Source: Candidatus Caldarchaeum subterraneum
Lineage (GTDB): Archaea > Thermoproteota > Nitrososphaeria_A > Caldarchaeales > Caldarchaeaceae
NCBI GenBank assembly: GCA_937934305.1
Contig: CALHAG010000009.1
Coordinates: forward strand, 71,057 to 95,056
Direction of reading: 5' to 3'
Length of the DNA: 24,000 nt
In this document: positions 22,250 through 24,000 of the stretch, piece after piece
Position numbering within the stretch: position 1 is the stretch's first letter
Layout: each line of letters begins with the position of its first letter
Translations under genes and position numbers: made by a program
Notes under the pieces: generated by a model
Told to the model about the DNA's origin: nothing
Seen by the model: the letters and a program-made list of their open reading frames with translations, nothing else
Databases searched by the model: none

Positions 22250-23292
22250 ACTCGCACCCGCGGGTCCAACACCGTCACCAAAACCTCGATAATAAACCGG
22301 GCTGTGATGTAGATTATTGTGTAGATGAATGTTAGAGCGACGACGAGGCCTTCGTCGAAGGCTGTGATTGCGTCGTAGTAGAGTCTGCCCATTCCTGGCC
22401 AATTGAAAACTGTCTCGGTAAGTATTGCGCCTCCTAGGGAGCCGGCTATGGCGAAGACGATGTTTGTGGCTATGGGTGGAGCGGCTGGTCTCAGTATATA
22501 TCTTCTTCGGAGAAGATTTTCGGGAAGTCCTTTGGCTTTGGCGACGGTGACGAAGTCCTCCTGCGTGATGTTAAGGACGATTGTCCGGGTCACGTAAGCC
22601 CATCCTCCGACTATAACTGTCACAAGTGTCATGAGAGGAAGCACTGCGTGCCAGAGCACGTCGAGAACCTTGGCTAAAGGCTCTGTGGGGGGTGGAGTGC
22701 TCATTATCCCTCCTGGGGGTAGCAGCCTTAGGTAAAAGTAGAAAACCAGCAGCAGTATCAGCCCTGTCCACCAAGACGGCAGTCCATACGACGCAGCAGC
22801 TGTGTATGAGATAAGTTTGTCGAAAAGAGAGCCTCTACGCGAAGCTGTTCTCAATCCAAAGTTTATCCCGATGACAGCGCTTATCACCACCGCCGACGTG
22901 ACAAGCAATATTGAGTAAGGTAGACGTTCCACTATGATGTCTGCCACTTTTCGGCTTCCCGCGAAGCTTGTAATCGTTCTTGAGTAGCCGAGGTCGAGTG
23001 TGAGAACCCGCAGTATAAGCGACGGTATCCTTTCATACCACGGCCTATCCAATCCGTATGATTTTTCCAGCTCCAGCCTAACCTGTTCAAGGGCCTTCTC
23101 CAGCTCAACAGGGTCCTTAATCCTCTGAGAGAGACTCTGCCTCACCGCACGCAGCTCCTCGTTTACATACGCTGAGAGAATCTTGTCGGACACACCTGTC
23201 GCTCCGAGAACAACAGCCACCATTAGGAGCACGGTGAGTAACACAAAAACCAGCGTCACAGCCTGTGTAACAAGTGAACGTATCAGGGTCAT
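22246..23292 (-). CDS. ABC transporter permease, OppB/DppB type
   Basis: It has six hydrophobic segments and the conserved cytoplasmic-loop region VAKAKGLPENLLRRRYILRPAAPPIATNIVFAIAGSLGGAILTETVFNWPGMGRL. The ATG overlaps the upstream ATPase stop (ATGA). Confidence 0.85.
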   Translation of the reverse strand: MTLIRSLVTQAVTLVFVLLTVLLMVAVVLGATGVSDKILSAYVNEELRAVRQSLSQRIKDPVELEKALEQVRLELEKSYGLDRPWYERIPSLILRVLTLDLGYSRTITSFAGSRKVADIIVERLPYSILLVTSAVVISAVIGINFGLRTASRRGSLFDKLISYTAAASYGLPSWWTGLILLLVFYFYLRLLPPGGIMSTPPPTEPLAKVLDVLWHAVLPLMTLVTVIVGGWAYVTRTIVLNITQEDFVTVAKAKGLPENLLRRRYILRPAAPPIATNIVFAIAGSLGGAILTETVFNWPGMGRLYYDAITAFDEGLVVALTFIYTIIYITARFIIEVLVTVLDPRVRV

Positions 23293-24000
23293 GTTTTCCC
23301 AGCCTCATCACTTTGGTAAAGCCAACACCGGACCCCGACTCCGTCTTGGACAAAGCACGGCGGCTCCTCTGTTACGCATTTCTCGAAGACGCGGTGGCAG
23401 CGGGGATGGAATCTGCATCCCGTCGGCGGGTCTGTGAGGCTGGGAGGCGCGCCGGGTATGTAGTCGAGTGTCCTAGGGCCTTTCAGCCTCGGCGTGGAGC
23501 TGAGAAGCTTAGAGGAATATGGATGAAGAGGTGTGCATAGAATCTTCTCCGATGGACCCAGCTCCACAACCTTTCCAGCATACATCACCGCAATCTCATC
23601 CGCGATGTCGCTTACGAGAGCTAAATCGTGTGTGATAAATATCATCGAGAGGCCGTGCTCTCTTTTCAAGCGTTTGAGCATGTTCATAATCTGGGTTTGG
23701 ATGGAGACATCCAGAGCAGATGTAGGCTCGTCGAGGATTATTAGCTTGGGCTGCATTATCAACGCCATCGCCACCAGAGCTCTTTGCTTCATCCCCCCGC
23801 TCAGCTCATGAGGGTATCTATCAACGTACTCGGGAGGTAGGCCCACTTGTCTGAAGACTTGCCTCGCTCTGTTGAGGGCCTCTGCCTTAGAAACACCCTC
23901 TTTAACCATCAGGGGCTCCGCAACCTGCAGCCCAACCCTCAAAACAGGGTTGAAGCTGTTCATCGCCCCCTGAAAAACCATCGAAATCTTTCTCCACTGA
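23289..24000 (-). CDS. ABC transporter ATP-binding protein, OppD/DppD type (5' end outside the window)
   Basis: Present are the Q-loop region ISMVFQGAMNSFNP, signature LSGGMKQRA, Walker B LILDEPTSALD, H-loop ITHDL and the C-terminal HPYSSKL...GCRFHPRC. The frame stays open upstream of the track's ATG (..QWRKIS-MVFQ) to position 24000, and the Walker A motif is missing, so the gene is truncated by the window. Confidence 0.85.
   Translation of the reverse strand, partial: QWRKISMVFQGAMNSFNPVLRVGLQVAEPLMVKEGVSKAEALNRARQVFRQVGLPPEYVDRYPHELSGGMKQRALVAMALIMQPKLIILDEPTSALDVSIQTQIMNMLKRLKREHGLSMIFITHDLALVSDIADEIAVMYAGKVVELGPSEKILCTPLHPYSSKLLSSTPRLKGPRTLDYIPGAPPSLTDPPTGCRFHPRCHRVFEKCVTEEPPCFVQDGVGVRCWLYQSDEAGKT

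Noticed and set aside
1-24000. CRISPR arrays, IS elements, terminal inverted repeats, prophage or defence-island signatures
   Set aside because: Reading the window found no regularly spaced direct repeats, no transposase/integrase-like ORFs and no nuclease/ATPase defence-type gene pairs. The only compositionally odd coding stretch is the 4571-5368 paralog pair, which is reported as a finding.

Overview
This looks like an archaeal chromosomal segment, probably from a thermophile. Supporting features are a tungsten AOR-family oxidoreductase, a PAC2 proteasome-assembly chaperone, an SIS-type PGI/PMI isomerase, and an intron-containing class II tRNA. TATA-like boxes also sit at a fixed distance from start codons, several envelope proteins have C-terminal membrane anchors, and the structural RNAs are much more GC-rich than the coding DNA (77 G+C per 100 nt at 4381-4480 versus 49 at 7001-7100, hand counts). 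I call 26 protein-coding genes (one cut by the window end), one tRNA-Ser(CGA) with a 21-nt anticodon-loop intron, and one RNase P RNA that the ORF track covers only with spurious ORFs. The left 14 kb is housekeeping and metabolism: three CBS-pair proteins, an AOR/aldo-keto reductase divergent pair, acetyl-CoA synthetase, a 5-formyl-THF cyclo-ligase-like gene, PGI/PMI, a CinA-like gene, a metallophosphoesterase, a 2-hydroxyacid dehydrogenase homolog and a PAC2-Hsp20 operon. The right 10 kb is an envelope and uptake locus. It holds scattered Opp/Dpp-type ABC parts, a membrane-anchored six-Asp-box BNR propeller translationally coupled to an 838-aa family-5 solute-binding protein, a PPC-domain surface protein and a membrane-anchored coiled-coil protein. 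I see no CRISPR array, IS element, integrase or recognisable defence genes, and no clear-cut new multi-gene system. The best candidates for follow-up are: (1) the BNR-propeller/giant SBP surface module and its unusual ABC gene layout; (2) an AT-rich tandem pair of uncharacterised wHTH-like paralogs between hsp20 and the RNase P RNA; (3) a 2-hydroxyacid dehydrogenase homolog with Trp in place of the catalytic His, coupled to a CBS/zinc-ribbon protein; (4) the compact RNase P RNA; and (5) apparent leaderless transcripts with GTG/TTG starts.
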